A stretch of DNA of 64,000 nt from a virus: positions 1 through 64,000 of IMG/VR virus record IMGVR_UViG_3300036981_000286. One strand, written 5' to 3'. The translations under genes and the position numbers were made by a program. Position 1 is the first letter of the stretch. The number at the start of each line of letters is the position of its first letter. This document shows, piece by piece, positions 36,378-46,570 of this stretch. The notes beneath the pieces are model-generated. The model was not told the DNA's origin, searched no databases, and was given only the letters and a program-made list of their open reading frames with translations.

Positions 36378-39300
36378 ATGCCACTTCCCGAACAGTCAAA
36401 CTCGATCCTAGGACCGCAGACCCGAGAATTCGGCGACGTTAACGCGTTACGTCAAAATATCTTTCAGCAATCGCAGCAGTCTGCAATTGGCGTAGCGCCG
36501 TTCGAGCCCGTTTTTACTCGAGAAGATATTTTTAATACTGCGGCTACTCAAGCCCGCGGTATTAAACCGGTCCAGAATGATCTGTATACGCTCAGCCTCG
36601 GCGATGTGGGTTACGAAGGCCCCGAGCGGTTTACAAAAAAAGATCACAAGCAAGCTGTGCTTTCTCACGGCTCCCTCGCGCGAAAGCTGCGCGGTACGTG
36701 GAACCTGACTGACAATAAAACGGGAACTGTTATCGCTCAGAAGCGGTCAACGTTGGCTAACGTGCCGTACATGACCGACGCTGGTACGTTTGTGCATAAC
36801 GGCGTGGAATATACGCTGGCCCATCAGATGCGACTTCGCCCGGGCGTATACACCCGCGAAAAAGACAACGGCGAACTTGAAGCGCATGTAAATGTGCTCC
36901 CCGGAAAAGGTCGAATGCACCGATATTATCTTGACCCCAAAACGGGTGTATTCAAGATCAATATCGGACAGGCGCAAATTCCGCTTATGCCGCTGCTCAA
37001 AGCGCTCGGCACTTCGGAGCAAGATATTCGCAAGGCGTGGGGCAACGAGCTTACCGCCGTGAATATGGAAAAGGGCGACGCCGGCACGCTAGACAAGCTG
37101 TACAGCCGGCTTGTCTACAAAGCCATACCCGGAATTGACGCCCCGGGAAAACAAAAAGCCATCGCCGACGAGTTTTTAAAAATGGAGATGGATCCCGAGG
37201 TGACAAAGCGCACGCTTGGCGAGCCTATCAAAAATTTAACGCCTGACGCCATTCTCAAGATCACGAAGAAGCTGATTGCCGTAAACCGGAAAGAGACCGA
37301 ATCAGACGACCGCGACAGCATGGCTTTTCAACAAGTTCTTGGCCCTGAAGATTTAATTGCTGAGCGCTTCTCAAAAGATAGGGCCATGCTGCGGCAATTG
37401 CTATGGAAAGCCACGGCAAAGAAAACACTCGATCATGTACCGACTGGTGCGTTTAACAAAGCGATCGTGGCTGCGCTTATTGGTAGCGGTCTCGGGTCTA
37501 GTCTTGAGGAAATCAACCCGGCGGAAATTTACGACCACCAAACGCGGGTTACCAGATTAGGCGAGGGTGGCATTGGCTCGCTTGACGCCGTGCCGCAAGA
37601 ATCGCGCAGCGTGCAGCCGAGTCACTTCGGGTTTGTAGATTATCTCCGCACGCCGGAGTCTGGAAAAGTCGGCGTGGACATGCGGTTCGCCCGCGGAGCA
37701 GTAAAAGGCTCTGACGGCAAGGTCTACATGAAAGTAAAGAATCTGAAGACAGGCGAGCTTGAGTACAAGTCGCCGCAGGACATTGCTGATATGCCTCTCG
37801 TGTTCCCGGGTGAGGATAAAAGCGACCTCCCGACCGTGGCCGCAATTGTTAACGGCAAGATGAAATACATTCCGCGCGATCAGGCGCAGTACATGGCTCC
37901 AAATATGGATGCGTCATTCTCGACGTTGTCTAACATGGTGCCGCTTAAATCCATGATGAAGGGGCATCGCGTTATCATGGGTTCGCGCATGTTTACGCAG
38001 GCGCTGCCCCTTGTTGGCGCTGAATCGCCGTTTATTCAATCAGCCATTGCCGACGACCCTTCGCGCTCGTACGAAGACGATATGGGCAAGAGCATGGGCG
38101 CCGCATACGCCGACGAGCTTTCGCAAGTTGTATCTGTTACGCCAGACGAGATTGTTTTACGCAATAAAGACGGCGAGCAAAAAACAGTTGAGCTTTACAA
38201 TGACGCGCCGTTTAACCGAAAAACTTTCTGGACACAAACAGCAGCGGTAAAACCCGGCGACACAGTTAAACCCGGCCAGCTTATTGCTCAGTCAAACTTT
38301 ACAGACAAGAACGGCACCGCAGCGCTTGGTTTAAATATGCGCGTGGGTTACTTACCGTTTCGAGGGCTTGTGTACGACGACTCAGTGGTGATATCTGAGT
38401 CGGCAGCAAAGCGCCTGACATCTGAGCACATGTATCAGCACGAAGCCGAATCGGACGACAACACGCACATAGACAAGAAGAAATTTATTAGCTTGTTCCC
38501 GAGTGAGTACGACAAAAAAACTTTAGATAACTTTGACGATAATGGCGTAATTAAAAAAGGCGCTGTTGTCACGTACGGCGACCCGCTTATTCTCGTGAGC
38601 AAAGCGCGAGAAACCACATACGGACAAGTGTTTCGCGGCAAGTCGGCTAACTTCACCAATGACTCTGTTACTTGGGAGCACCACTCGCCGGGCGTTGTTA
38701 CAGACATCGCTAAAACAAAACACGGCTACAGCGCAATTGTTAAAAGCAAAGCCCAAATGGAGGTAGGCGACAAACTTACCGGGCGATTCGGTGACAAGGG
38801 TGTCGTGGCTGGGATTATCGCTGACGATCAAATGCCGCAGGATGCGCAAGGCCGCCCAATGGAGGTGCTTGTCAGCCCGCTTGGTTTAGCCAGCCGAATT
38901 AATCCGTCGCAGATCGTAGAGGCAGCGCTCGGTAAAGTAGCTGAGAAAACTGGGCAGCCGTTCAAAATTAAAGATTTTGACGACCAGACCGACCTTATCG
39001 ATTTTGCTAAAGCAGAATTACGAAAACACCAACTCACAGATCTTGAGGATGTTACTGATCCCGAGACTGGGCGCAAAATTAAAGGCGTGCTTACTGGTAA
39101 TCGTTTTTTCATGAAACTGCACCACACGAGCGAAAGCAAAGCGCAGGGCCGGTCTACTGGCGGATACACGGCTGAGGGCGCGCCAGCCAAGGGCGGGTCC
39201 GAAGGCGCTAAGCGCGTCGGCATGCTCGATCTGGGCGCTTTGCTCTCGCACGGCGCCGGTCAGGTTATTCGTGACGCCAAAATGGTTCGCGGGCAAGCTA

Positions 39301-40826
39301 ATCCGGAATACTGGTCGCAGGTAATGGCGGGCTATACGCCGCCGCTTCCAAAGATTCCGCAAGTTTACACAAAATTCGTTGAGCAGCTTCGGGGCGCAGG
39401 CATTAACACCGTGCGCGAAGGCACAAAGACGCACATCATGGCGTTGACCGACAAAGAAATTGACAAACTCACCGGCGACCGCGAAATACAAAACGCCGAT
39501 ACGGTTGATTGGAAATCTGGCTTGCGGCCTAAAACTGGTGGGCTTTTTGACGAAAGTCTGACCGGTGGCCATAACGGTAATCGCTGGGCTAAGGTCACCC
39601 TGCACGAGCCCATGCCGAATCCGGTTATGGAAGAGCCAATTAGGCGCACTCTTGGGCTTACTGAAAAAAAGTTCAGAGATATCTTAGCCGGCCAAGAGAA
39701 GCTTAACGACGAAACCGGTCCAATGGCTATTAAGAACGCGCTAAAGCGTATTAATGTGCCTAAAGCTATAGAGCAGGCGCGTCAAGATATTCAGTCCGGA
39801 CGCAAGGTCGCCCGGGATGCTGCCGTCCGCCGATTAGCCTTTTTAAAAACCTCAGAAAAAACTGGCACACACCCCGAAGAGTGGATGTTGACCAAGATGC
39901 CGGTAATACCGCCAGCGTTTCGGCCCGTCTCGACGATGGGGCAGAAAAAACTACCGCTCGTTGCCGACGCAAATTATTTGTACAAAGAATTGCTCGACGC
40001 AAACTCTGTATTAAAAGATTCTGCTGGCGTACTTACCGACGTGGGCAACGAACGGCTAGGGCTGTACGACGCAATGAAGGGCGTGACTGGCATGGGCGAC
40101 CCTGTGCAGGCCAAGAACGTCGAGCGGCGTGTGCGCGGCTTTTTATCTCAGATTTTTGGAAGCTCGCCAAAGTACGGCACTGTGCAACGCAAACTTCTCA
40201 GCTCAACTGTGGATCTTGTTGGTCGCGCTGTAATTACACCTAATCCGGATTTGGATATGGATCAGGTCGCCCTCCCCGAAGAAAAAGCGTGGGAAATTTA
40301 TAAGCCGTTTATTGTGCGCGGGCTGGTTCGTCGTGGGTTACCGCGCATGGAAGCAATTAAGTCGTTTGACGACAAAAACAATATGGCTCGCGGTGAATTA
40401 AACCAGCAAATGAGTTCTCGGCCAATTATTATTAATCGCGCTCCGGTACTGCACCGTTACGGCATAATGGCGTTTTATCCGCGCCTTACTAAAAATAAAA
40501 CAATGGAAGTGAGCCCGCTCGTAACCAAGGGTTTCGGCGCTGACTTCGACGGCGACGCCATGCAATTCCATGTGCCGAGCACTGACGCCGCGGGCCGAGA
40601 AGCCGCTGAAAAAATGCTGCCAAGTCGTAATTTATTTGCGGCGTCAACGTTTAAGGGTCATTACACCCCAGTAGCGGAATTACAGTCTGGCCTGTATGTT
40701 GCTTCCAACCGGATTAACAAGAAGTCGCCCACGCGGGTCTTTAAATCCGCTAAAGATGCTATTGCCGCTTATCGGCGTGGCGATATTGAGGTCGACACGC
40801 CGGTGCATATTGTGGAGAATGATTAA
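36378..40826 (+). CDS. rpoBC: DNA-directed RNA polymerase, beta subunit fused to N-terminal part of beta'
   Basis: Beta motifs QMRLRPGVY, RLGEGG, TPESGKVG, GDKLTGRFGDKGV, SPLGLASRIN, MKLHH...GRSTG; beta' motifs PVIPPAFRP, GRAVI, NRAPVLH, catalytic ADFDGD. Confidence 0.95.
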   Translation: MPLPEQSNSILGPQTREFGDVNALRQNIFQQSQQSAIGVAPFEPVFTREDIFNTAATQARGIKPVQNDLYTLSLGDVGYEGPERFTKKDHKQAVLSHGSLARKLRGTWNLTDNKTGTVIAQKRSTLANVPYMTDAGTFVHNGVEYTLAHQMRLRPGVYTREKDNGELEAHVNVLPGKGRMHRYYLDPKTGVFKINIGQAQIPLMPLLKALGTSEQDIRKAWGNELTAVNMEKGDAGTLDKLYSRLVYKAIPGIDAPGKQKAIADEFLKMEMDPEVTKRTLGEPIKNLTPDAILKITKKLIAVNRKETESDDRDSMAFQQVLGPEDLIAERFSKDRAMLRQLLWKATAKKTLDHVPTGAFNKAIVAALIGSGLGSSLEEINPAEIYDHQTRVTRLGEGGIGSLDAVPQESRSVQPSHFGFVDYLRTPESGKVGVDMRFARGAVKGSDGKVYMKVKNLKTGELEYKSPQDIADMPLVFPGEDKSDLPTVAAIVNGKMKYIPRDQAQYMAPNMDASFSTLSNMVPLKSMMKGHRVIMGSRMFTQALPLVGAESPFIQSAIADDPSRSYEDDMGKSMGAAYADELSQVVSVTPDEIVLRNKDGEQKTVELYNDAPFNRKTFWTQTAAVKPGDTVKPGQLIAQSNFTDKNGTAALGLNMRVGYLPFRGLVYDDSVVISESAAKRLTSEHMYQHEAESDDNTHIDKKKFISLFPSEYDKKTLDNFDDNGVIKKGAVVTYGDPLILVSKARETTYGQVFRGKSANFTNDSVTWEHHSPGVVTDIAKTKHGYSAIVKSKAQMEVGDKLTGRFGDKGVVAGIIADDQMPQDAQGRPMEVLVSPLGLASRINPSQIVEAALGKVAEKTGQPFKIKDFDDQTDLIDFAKAELRKHQLTDLEDVTDPETGRKIKGVLTGNRFFMKLHHTSESKAQGRSTGGYTAEGAPAKGGSEGAKRVGMLDLGALLSHGAGQVIRDAKMVRGQANPEYWSQVMAGYTPPLPKIPQVYTKFVEQLRGAGINTVREGTKTHIMALTDKEIDKLTGDREIQNADTVDWKSGLRPKTGGLFDESLTGGHNGNRWAKVTLHEPMPNPVMEEPIRRTLGLTEKKFRDILAGQEKLNDETGPMAIKNALKRINVPKAIEQARQDIQSGRKVARDAAVRRLAFLKTSEKTGTHPEEWMLTKMPVIPPAFRPVSTMGQKKLPLVADANYLYKELLDANSVLKDSAGVLTDVGNERLGLYDAMKGVTGMGDPVQAKNVERRVRGFLSQIFGSSPKYGTVQRKLLSSTVDLVGRAVITPNPDLDMDQVALPEEKAWEIYKPFIVRGLVRRGLPRMEAIKSFDDKNNMARGELNQQMSSRPIIINRAPVLHRYGIMAFYPRLTKNKTMEVSPLVTKGFGADFDGDAMQFHVPSTDAAGREAAEKMLPSRNLFAASTFKGHYTPVAELQSGLYVASNRINKKSPTRVFKSAKDAIAAYRRGDIEVDTPVHIVEND

Positions 40827-40849
40827 GGCCACCAAACAAGGAGATTTTC

Positions 40850-41566
40850 ATGTCCATGATCAATTACGAACTTTTGCGCCTTGCCCGCGCGACCATGCAA
40901 AAAGCTGCCGCCGTACCACCACCGCCGGCTGATCCTGCCGCCATGGGCGGTATGGGGGCGCCTCCGATGGATCCGGCCGCTATGGGCGCTGACCCGATGG
41001 CTGCGATGGCCGCTGCGCCTATGGACATGGGTATGGGCGCTGGCGCCCCTGCCCCGGCCCCTGCGCCCGCTCCGGCTCCGGCTCCCGCCCCGGCTCCTGG
41101 CGCCGCACCTGCTGGCGCGCAGCAAAAACTTAAGCCGGAACAAATGATGCAAATGATCGATTACCGCATGTACAACATGCAGCAGCAGCTTACGGCGATC
41201 ATGAACGCAATGGGCGTGCAATTGCCGCCTGAGGCGATTGTTCTCCCGCCGGGCTCGACCAGCGCACCGTCAGTTGAGTCGGCTTTGCCGGGCGCTGCTA
41301 ACGCGCCTACGGCCGCAGCTGACCCTGCCGCTGCTGGGCAATTGCCACCGGATGTGTACGCCGGGCAAGACCCCACCCAAAACGGCGGCGCAGTAGCTCC
41401 GATCCCGCCCGCGAAAGCCGCTTGGTGGCAAGTTGACGAATCGCCAAAATCGGCTTCGTATATCGGTGACCCGGTTGCGCGCACAGAAGCGCAGCAAATT
41501 AACTTACAGGTTTCAGCGGACGCAGCTTCAGCGCTGTACAGGAGCTTGATGCGGAATGCGCGTTAA
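40850..41566 (+). CDS. Pro/Ala/Met-rich putative virion protein between the RNAP genes
   Basis: QKAAA, AKAAW, PKSAS junctions; PMDPAAMG repeats. Confidence 0.7.
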   Translation: MSMINYELLRLARATMQKAAAVPPPPADPAAMGGMGAPPMDPAAMGADPMAAMAAAPMDMGMGAGAPAPAPAPAPAPAPAPAPGAAPAGAQQKLKPEQMMQMIDYRMYNMQQQLTAIMNAMGVQLPPEAIVLPPGSTSAPSVESALPGAANAPTAAADPAAAGQLPPDVYAGQDPTQNGGAVAPIPPAKAAWWQVDESPKSASYIGDPVARTEAQQINLQVSADAASALYRSLMRNAR

Positions 41567-41798
41567 AACGCAGCACTATCTTCAACCGAGTGTTACTGAC
41601 GCGCATAGCGTTATTGTTGAAGATCGTTTTGGAAATATTCTGTACGTAGCGGTAGAAGTAGACAACGGCGCTATCGTAACGGCGCAAGCAGGCGACAGTA
41701 ATTTTGCTGCCGTCATTAAAGCGTTAGGTTTTGATAAAGTTACGACAGTGCACGATATTAAGCCAAAATCAATAGAAGAAACAAAGAGCTTGTTGTGA
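41556..41798 (+). CDS. Small hypothetical protein
   Basis: Overlaps upstream gene; stop lies 1 nt before the beta'-C start. Confidence 0.65.
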   Translation: MRVKTQHYLQPSVTDAHSVIVEDRFGNILYVAVEVDNGAIVTAQAGDSNFAAVIKALGFDKVTTVHDIKPKSIEETKSLL

Positions 41799-41799
41799 A

Positions 41800-43680
41800 A
41801 TGTTAAAAACAACGCTTGGCCAACTTCTGATAAACAGCGCGCTCCCGGCGGATATGCGCGACTACAATCGCGTATTAACAAAGAAAAACGTGATTGACCT
41901 CGCTACTGATCTTGCCACGCGGTACCCAGACAAGTACCGCGAGGTGATGAAGCAGATGCAAGACATCGGCTCTGAAACCGCGTACACGACAAACGGCATG
42001 TCTGTTGGCTTAGACGCAATCACGCCGTCGATTGCCGCGCGAAAAAAGCAGCAGGAAATTAAACAAAAATTGCGCGGCGTGCTGTCCGACGCGCGCCTTG
42101 ACGACAAATCGCGAAACCTCAAAATACTTGAGTTATCGTCGCAGGCTCAAAAAGAACTTATCGACATTGTTTACAAAGACGCTGAAGAGCAAGATAACCC
42201 GCTCTTTCATCAAGTGTCGTCTGGCGTTAAGGGAAATAAATTTCAGCTTAATAGCATTCTTGGCGCCGACATGCAGTACGTAGATCACCGCAACGAGCCA
42301 ATTCCAATTCCGGTGATGCACGGCTACAGTCAGGGCTTGCGTCCTGTAGAGTATTTTGCCGGAGCGTTCGGCACGCGCAAAGGTTTGATGGACTTAAAAA
42401 CCGCAACATCTGACGCTGGCTTTTTTGCCAAACAGTTAACGCAAATGAATCACAGGTTGCTTGTTACGTCTGACGATGAGGATCAGCCTGAGTTACTAGC
42501 CGGCGCCGATAATCGCGGCTTTCCGTCGGACGTTGACGATGTAGATAACGAAGGGGCGCTATTGGCCAGAGCCTCAGGTCCGTACAAACGGAACACGGTG
42601 CTTACGCCAAAAATCTTAAAAGACCTAAAGCAACTTGGCATCAAAGACATACTTGTGCGTAGCCCCACGGTAGGCGGCCCGGCGGATGGCGGTGTGTACT
42701 CTAGAGACGTTGGGTATCGCGAAAAGAACCGGCTACCGCCGATTGGTGATTATGTCGGAATCGCCGCCGCCCAAGCATTAGCTGAGCCGGTCACACAAAG
42801 CCAGATTTCGTCTAAACACTCTGGCGGCGTGGGCGGAGCTGGCGCTATTTCTGGATTTAAAGCTCTTAACGCTTTAGTTCAGGTACCGGAAAAATATCCC
42901 AGCGGGGCCACGCACGCGCAGCTAGACGGCGCGGTACAGGAGATTCGACCAGCGCCACAGGGCGGTCATTACGTCATCGTTGCCGGAAAAGAACATCACG
43001 TTCCAACAGACGTGGCGCTTAAAGTTAAAAAAGGCGATGTACTTGAGGCTGGTGACGTGTTGTCAGAGGGCATGCCCAGCCCGGCCGAAATAGTCAAATA
43101 CAAAGGCGTCGGAGAGGGTCGCCGTTACTTCGTACAGGCCATGAAGCAGGTACTCGGTAATAGCGGAATCACAGGACATCGGCGTAACATTGAATTGTTA
43201 TCCCGCGGACTCATTAATCATGTCCGGTTGACCGACGAATACGGCGATTACGTGCCAGACGATATCGTGCCGTATTCTATGCTGGAGCGGTCATGGCAGC
43301 CGAGAACCGGCAGCGTCCACGGTAACCCAAAAAGCCTAACTGGACATTATTTAGAAAAGCCGGTGCTGCATTACTCAATTGGCACTAAAATTGGCAAATC
43401 TGTTTTAGACAACTTTGACAAATACGGCATCAAAGACATTGAAGCCCACAAAGAGCCGCCGCCGTTTGAGCCCGAGATGGTGCGGGGTATGGCAAGCGCT
43501 ACTACAGACCCGGACTGGATGACGCGCATGATGGGCTCGTATCAGCAAAAAAGCTTATTAAACGCTACACACCGCGGTGGCGTGAGTGACACGGCTGGCA
43601 GCAGTTTTGTGCCTACTTTAGCCCGCGGAGAGACGTTTGGCCTGTCGGGCGCGACTGCCGGATGGCAATCGCAACCATAA
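41800..43680 (+). CDS. rpoC: DNA-directed RNA polymerase beta' C-terminal part
   Basis: KTTLGQ, SSGVKG, bridge helix GLRPVEYF...GTRKGLMD...TSDAGF, trigger loop GIAAAQALAEPVTQSQISSKHSGG, RRNIELL. Confidence 0.92.
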   Translation: MLKTTLGQLLINSALPADMRDYNRVLTKKNVIDLATDLATRYPDKYREVMKQMQDIGSETAYTTNGMSVGLDAITPSIAARKKQQEIKQKLRGVLSDARLDDKSRNLKILELSSQAQKELIDIVYKDAEEQDNPLFHQVSSGVKGNKFQLNSILGADMQYVDHRNEPIPIPVMHGYSQGLRPVEYFAGAFGTRKGLMDLKTATSDAGFFAKQLTQMNHRLLVTSDDEDQPELLAGADNRGFPSDVDDVDNEGALLARASGPYKRNTVLTPKILKDLKQLGIKDILVRSPTVGGPADGGVYSRDVGYREKNRLPPIGDYVGIAAAQALAEPVTQSQISSKHSGGVGGAGAISGFKALNALVQVPEKYPSGATHAQLDGAVQEIRPAPQGGHYVIVAGKEHHVPTDVALKVKKGDVLEAGDVLSEGMPSPAEIVKYKGVGEGRRYFVQAMKQVLGNSGITGHRRNIELLSRGLINHVRLTDEYGDYVPDDIVPYSMLERSWQPRTGSVHGNPKSLTGHYLEKPVLHYSIGTKIGKSVLDNFDKYGIKDIEAHKEPPPFEPEMVRGMASATTDPDWMTRMMGSYQQKSLLNATHRGGVSDTAGSSFVPTLARGETFGLSGATAGWQSQP

Positions 43681-43761
43681 AACAGTGGATCGCAAAGTCA
43701 AATACAGGTAAATTATCAGTTATCTGTTTCCGAATAGCGCAAATGCCGCATGGAGGTGGCT

Positions 43762-46164
43762 GTGTACAACAAAAAAAGTAACAAACCCGCTTGGAAGCAA
43801 CAGCTCGAGAAGTTGGGGCAATACTCCCGCTCGAATGTTAAGTACGCGGCGTTAGGCGGCAACGGTGACGACACCCCGTTTGAGCAGGCATTTAGCAACT
43901 TAGCTCACGCTTACCTGCAAGACAAAGCTCCCGGCTTACTTGACCACGAAGTCGGCTTCCAGCTCCTTGACCGCAATAACGAAAATACCAAGGCTGTTGG
44001 TGTTTTTGCGTTTAAGCTCGGGACGATGTGGCTGTACGCGCCGATGTTCTTTTTAAACGGCGACTTAAAGGGCCACGAACTACTGTACCTGAAAAATCAG
44101 GACATGTTTGTACCGCTCAAAGAAAACTGGATTAATTATCTAGTTAACCGAAAACCCGGTATTCTTGGTCACGGCGTCGACCGCAGCCTTTCCCGGCTCG
44201 GCCAACGGCAGCCTGACTTTACGCAGCTTAGCCGCTCGCCGTCTAAGTTCGGTTCGGCAAACCCGACGCTTAAAGAAATGATCACAGAAGCCATGCCGGC
44301 GTTTGCAAAAGCTGCAACGCTGAACACCTCCGCCGCATTTCAAGAAATCAGCGTGAGCCTCGATCTGGGTACTTTTTTAAAGTCGGCTCGGCTTGAGACA
44401 CTCGACTTCCTCGTTAAGGCTTGTCAGCGCGCGCCGCAACTGGCGTCGGCTATTGAGCAGTTTCACGGGCTCAATATTATCAAAGAAGCAATTGACGCGG
44501 CCAAGATTCGTGAAAACGCGCCAAAAATCGCCAGCATTGTGTCAGAGGCGCCTGAGAAGCCAAAGGCTCTCAAGGGCTTAAAGATCGTAACTATGGACGT
44601 AACGATCCAAACAATGCTGCCCCCGGGACACACAGAAGAAGATCAAGAAAAACTTCTTAACGACGGTATTCTTATCGACGATCAGCGCGACCGCGATAAC
44701 GTGGCAATTCCGTATCATATCCAAGTAGATAAGAAGCTTTTCAACCCCACTCAAAGCGGGCTGTACGACATCCTTGTTAAGCCGGGCGACATTGAACGCT
44801 GTTACGTAGCCGCGTATCCGATGGGCGCGGCCAAGCGCGCAGACTTTATTACCGTAGTTCGCGTAGACGGCAAACCGGACTGGGTTAATACCCGCGCGGA
44901 TCAAGTGTTCGCGCTAGCCCGAATTGAAGGCGAAGAGTTTGACAAGTGGTTTGACGCGCTGCCAGAAGCCAATAGCGTGTCCAAGTCTGGCCGCCACATG
45001 GCGATCTGCAAGCGCGGCGACGCAACTGTTCCGTTTCGCGTTATCCGCGAGTACGGCGAATCGGAGTACGGCACGACAAGTTACGAGGCGCATCTTGAAG
45101 ATCACTCGAAATTCCCGCCCAAGGGGCACATTTCACCGTGCTGTTACACCGACCCGCTAAATTACGATAAATGGCGCGACGGCGTGCGCATCCACCTTAA
45201 CGGCAAAAAGGGCGGCAGCTTGCGCTCAAGCATGGGCGACATCTTCGTCCCCGAGGGCTACAAGCTGCTCAAAGTCAGCAAGGGGGCGGACGACGCTGAG
45301 TCTGCCGATGACCAAGGCGCTTGCGGTTGCGGCGAAAGCGACCAGCCAGCTCTCATGCCCGGAAATCTTATTGACGCGCAGCTTTGCTTAATGAGCAAAA
45401 CGGCTTCGCTAGAGCTAACGCATAACGGCACGGAAGTCGAAATAAATGGCGGAAAGAAACTTTCCGAAAAACAAGCGTTGGTAAATCTGCTTGTTGAACA
45501 TCATCTGCGAGAAGACGCCGCCCGTGAAATTTTAACTCGGGCTGCCTCGTCCCGTAAGTTCTCTTGCCGGCTTAAGCTAGCAGCTGATCCGTATGGCGGC
45601 CCGATGATGATTAACGGCGCGCCCAGTGCGCCCACTATGCCGTCACCGGTAATGGGCGGCGAGTTTGTCATGGGTACAAATGTGCCCACGCAACTCGGTA
45701 TTGATCAGGGCGTACCGGTTCCCGACATGCTTGCTCTTAATACGGACCGCAGCGTTTACAACCCAAACCCGATGTACGACAAGGGCGTGCTGGGCTCCGG
45801 AACTGACCAAGAACTGCAACGCGTTCTTGACGCGGCGCAGTCTGGCCAAAAAGAAGTATTTGATACGGCTATGATCGGCAGCATGTTACGCGCCGTGCGT
45901 GACGACTCGCTCGTGGATCGCTACATGGGCGACTTAACCAAGGGGTTAGATAAGCTCGGCCGTATCTTGTTTATGTTCTATTGGCACGGCGACCGATTCG
46001 CTGACCGCTACGGCAAGAGCGACATGCCCGAACTTGAAGACTCGCTGCGTAACGCGTTTGAAATGCTCGGCGATGTTATTCTCTTCCTGAAGCAGAAGAC
46101 GATCGACCCGAACCCGAACAATAGCGCGCAGGATATCGACCTGAGCGCCGTAGCTAACTCGTAA
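43762..46164 (+). CDS. Large putative virion protein of unknown function
   Basis: ~800 aa; KYAA, KAAT, KSAR, KTAS, KLAA motifs; GTG 43762 follows a GGAGG SD (track ATG 43750). Confidence 0.75.
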   Translation: MYNKKSNKPAWKQQLEKLGQYSRSNVKYAALGGNGDDTPFEQAFSNLAHAYLQDKAPGLLDHEVGFQLLDRNNENTKAVGVFAFKLGTMWLYAPMFFLNGDLKGHELLYLKNQDMFVPLKENWINYLVNRKPGILGHGVDRSLSRLGQRQPDFTQLSRSPSKFGSANPTLKEMITEAMPAFAKAATLNTSAAFQEISVSLDLGTFLKSARLETLDFLVKACQRAPQLASAIEQFHGLNIIKEAIDAAKIRENAPKIASIVSEAPEKPKALKGLKIVTMDVTIQTMLPPGHTEEDQEKLLNDGILIDDQRDRDNVAIPYHIQVDKKLFNPTQSGLYDILVKPGDIERCYVAAYPMGAAKRADFITVVRVDGKPDWVNTRADQVFALARIEGEEFDKWFDALPEANSVSKSGRHMAICKRGDATVPFRVIREYGESEYGTTSYEAHLEDHSKFPPKGHISPCCYTDPLNYDKWRDGVRIHLNGKKGGSLRSSMGDIFVPEGYKLLKVSKGADDAESADDQGACGCGESDQPALMPGNLIDAQLCLMSKTASLELTHNGTEVEINGGKKLSEKQALVNLLVEHHLREDAAREILTRAASSRKFSCRLKLAADPYGGPMMINGAPSAPTMPSPVMGGEFVMGTNVPTQLGIDQGVPVPDMLALNTDRSVYNPNPMYDKGVLGSGTDQELQRVLDAAQSGQKEVFDTAMIGSMLRAVRDDSLVDRYMGDLTKGLDKLGRILFMFYWHGDRFADRYGKSDMPELEDSLRNAFEMLGDVILFLKQKTIDPNPNNSAQDIDLSAVANS

Positions 46165-46174
46165 TAGGTGAAAA

Positions 46175-46570
46175 ATGGCTGGCACTATTTGGTCTGGCGA
46201 AACAAGCTTTTCGGCGCCCTCCGCAACAGAAACAGTCGTGACGCTAAAAGTACCGCATCGCGGCGTGCTGCGTGGCTATAGCCTGACGCAAACGTCTGGC
46301 GCGAACGTTGGGGCATCGGCGGCGTTATTCACAAGCAAGCAAGATACAGCGCCAAATTCCACACTGCCTGCCGAGGCGTTCCACATACTAGACATCACAC
46401 TTGGCTCTACCAGCAAGGTAGACAATCATGATCTAAACGTGGCGTACTTAAATCGCGACGGTTCTCCGACTAATGCTCAAAGATATCTTTACTTGAAAAT
46501 CACACCTGCTGGTTCTGGCATCAAGAATTTCGTGATGTCTGTAACGATTGAAACCCCGACGCTGCGATAA
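46175..46570 (+). CDS. Beta-rich hypothetical (putative structural) protein
   Basis: Clean ORF in the structural region. Confidence 0.65.
   Translation: MAGTIWSGETSFSAPSATETVVTLKVPHRGVLRGYSLTQTSGANVGASAALFTSKQDTAPNSTLPAEAFHILDITLGSTSKVDNHDLNVAYLNRDGSPTNAQRYLYLKITPAGSGIKNFVMSVTIETPTLR

Noticed and set aside
36378-43680. Host chromosomal rpoBC operon
   Set aside because: No ribosomal-protein neighbours, reduced and rearranged subunits, and embedded among phage morphogenesis genes
4430-43720. Late promoter motif TAAA(A/C/T)T in several intergenic gaps (e.g. near 4615, 8820, 20251, 23573, 25581, 31411, 43709)
   Set aside because: Too short and AT-rich to distinguish from chance or stop-codon context without statistics
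43762-46164. Portal protein call
   Set aside because: Size and position are compatible, but I recognise no portal motif
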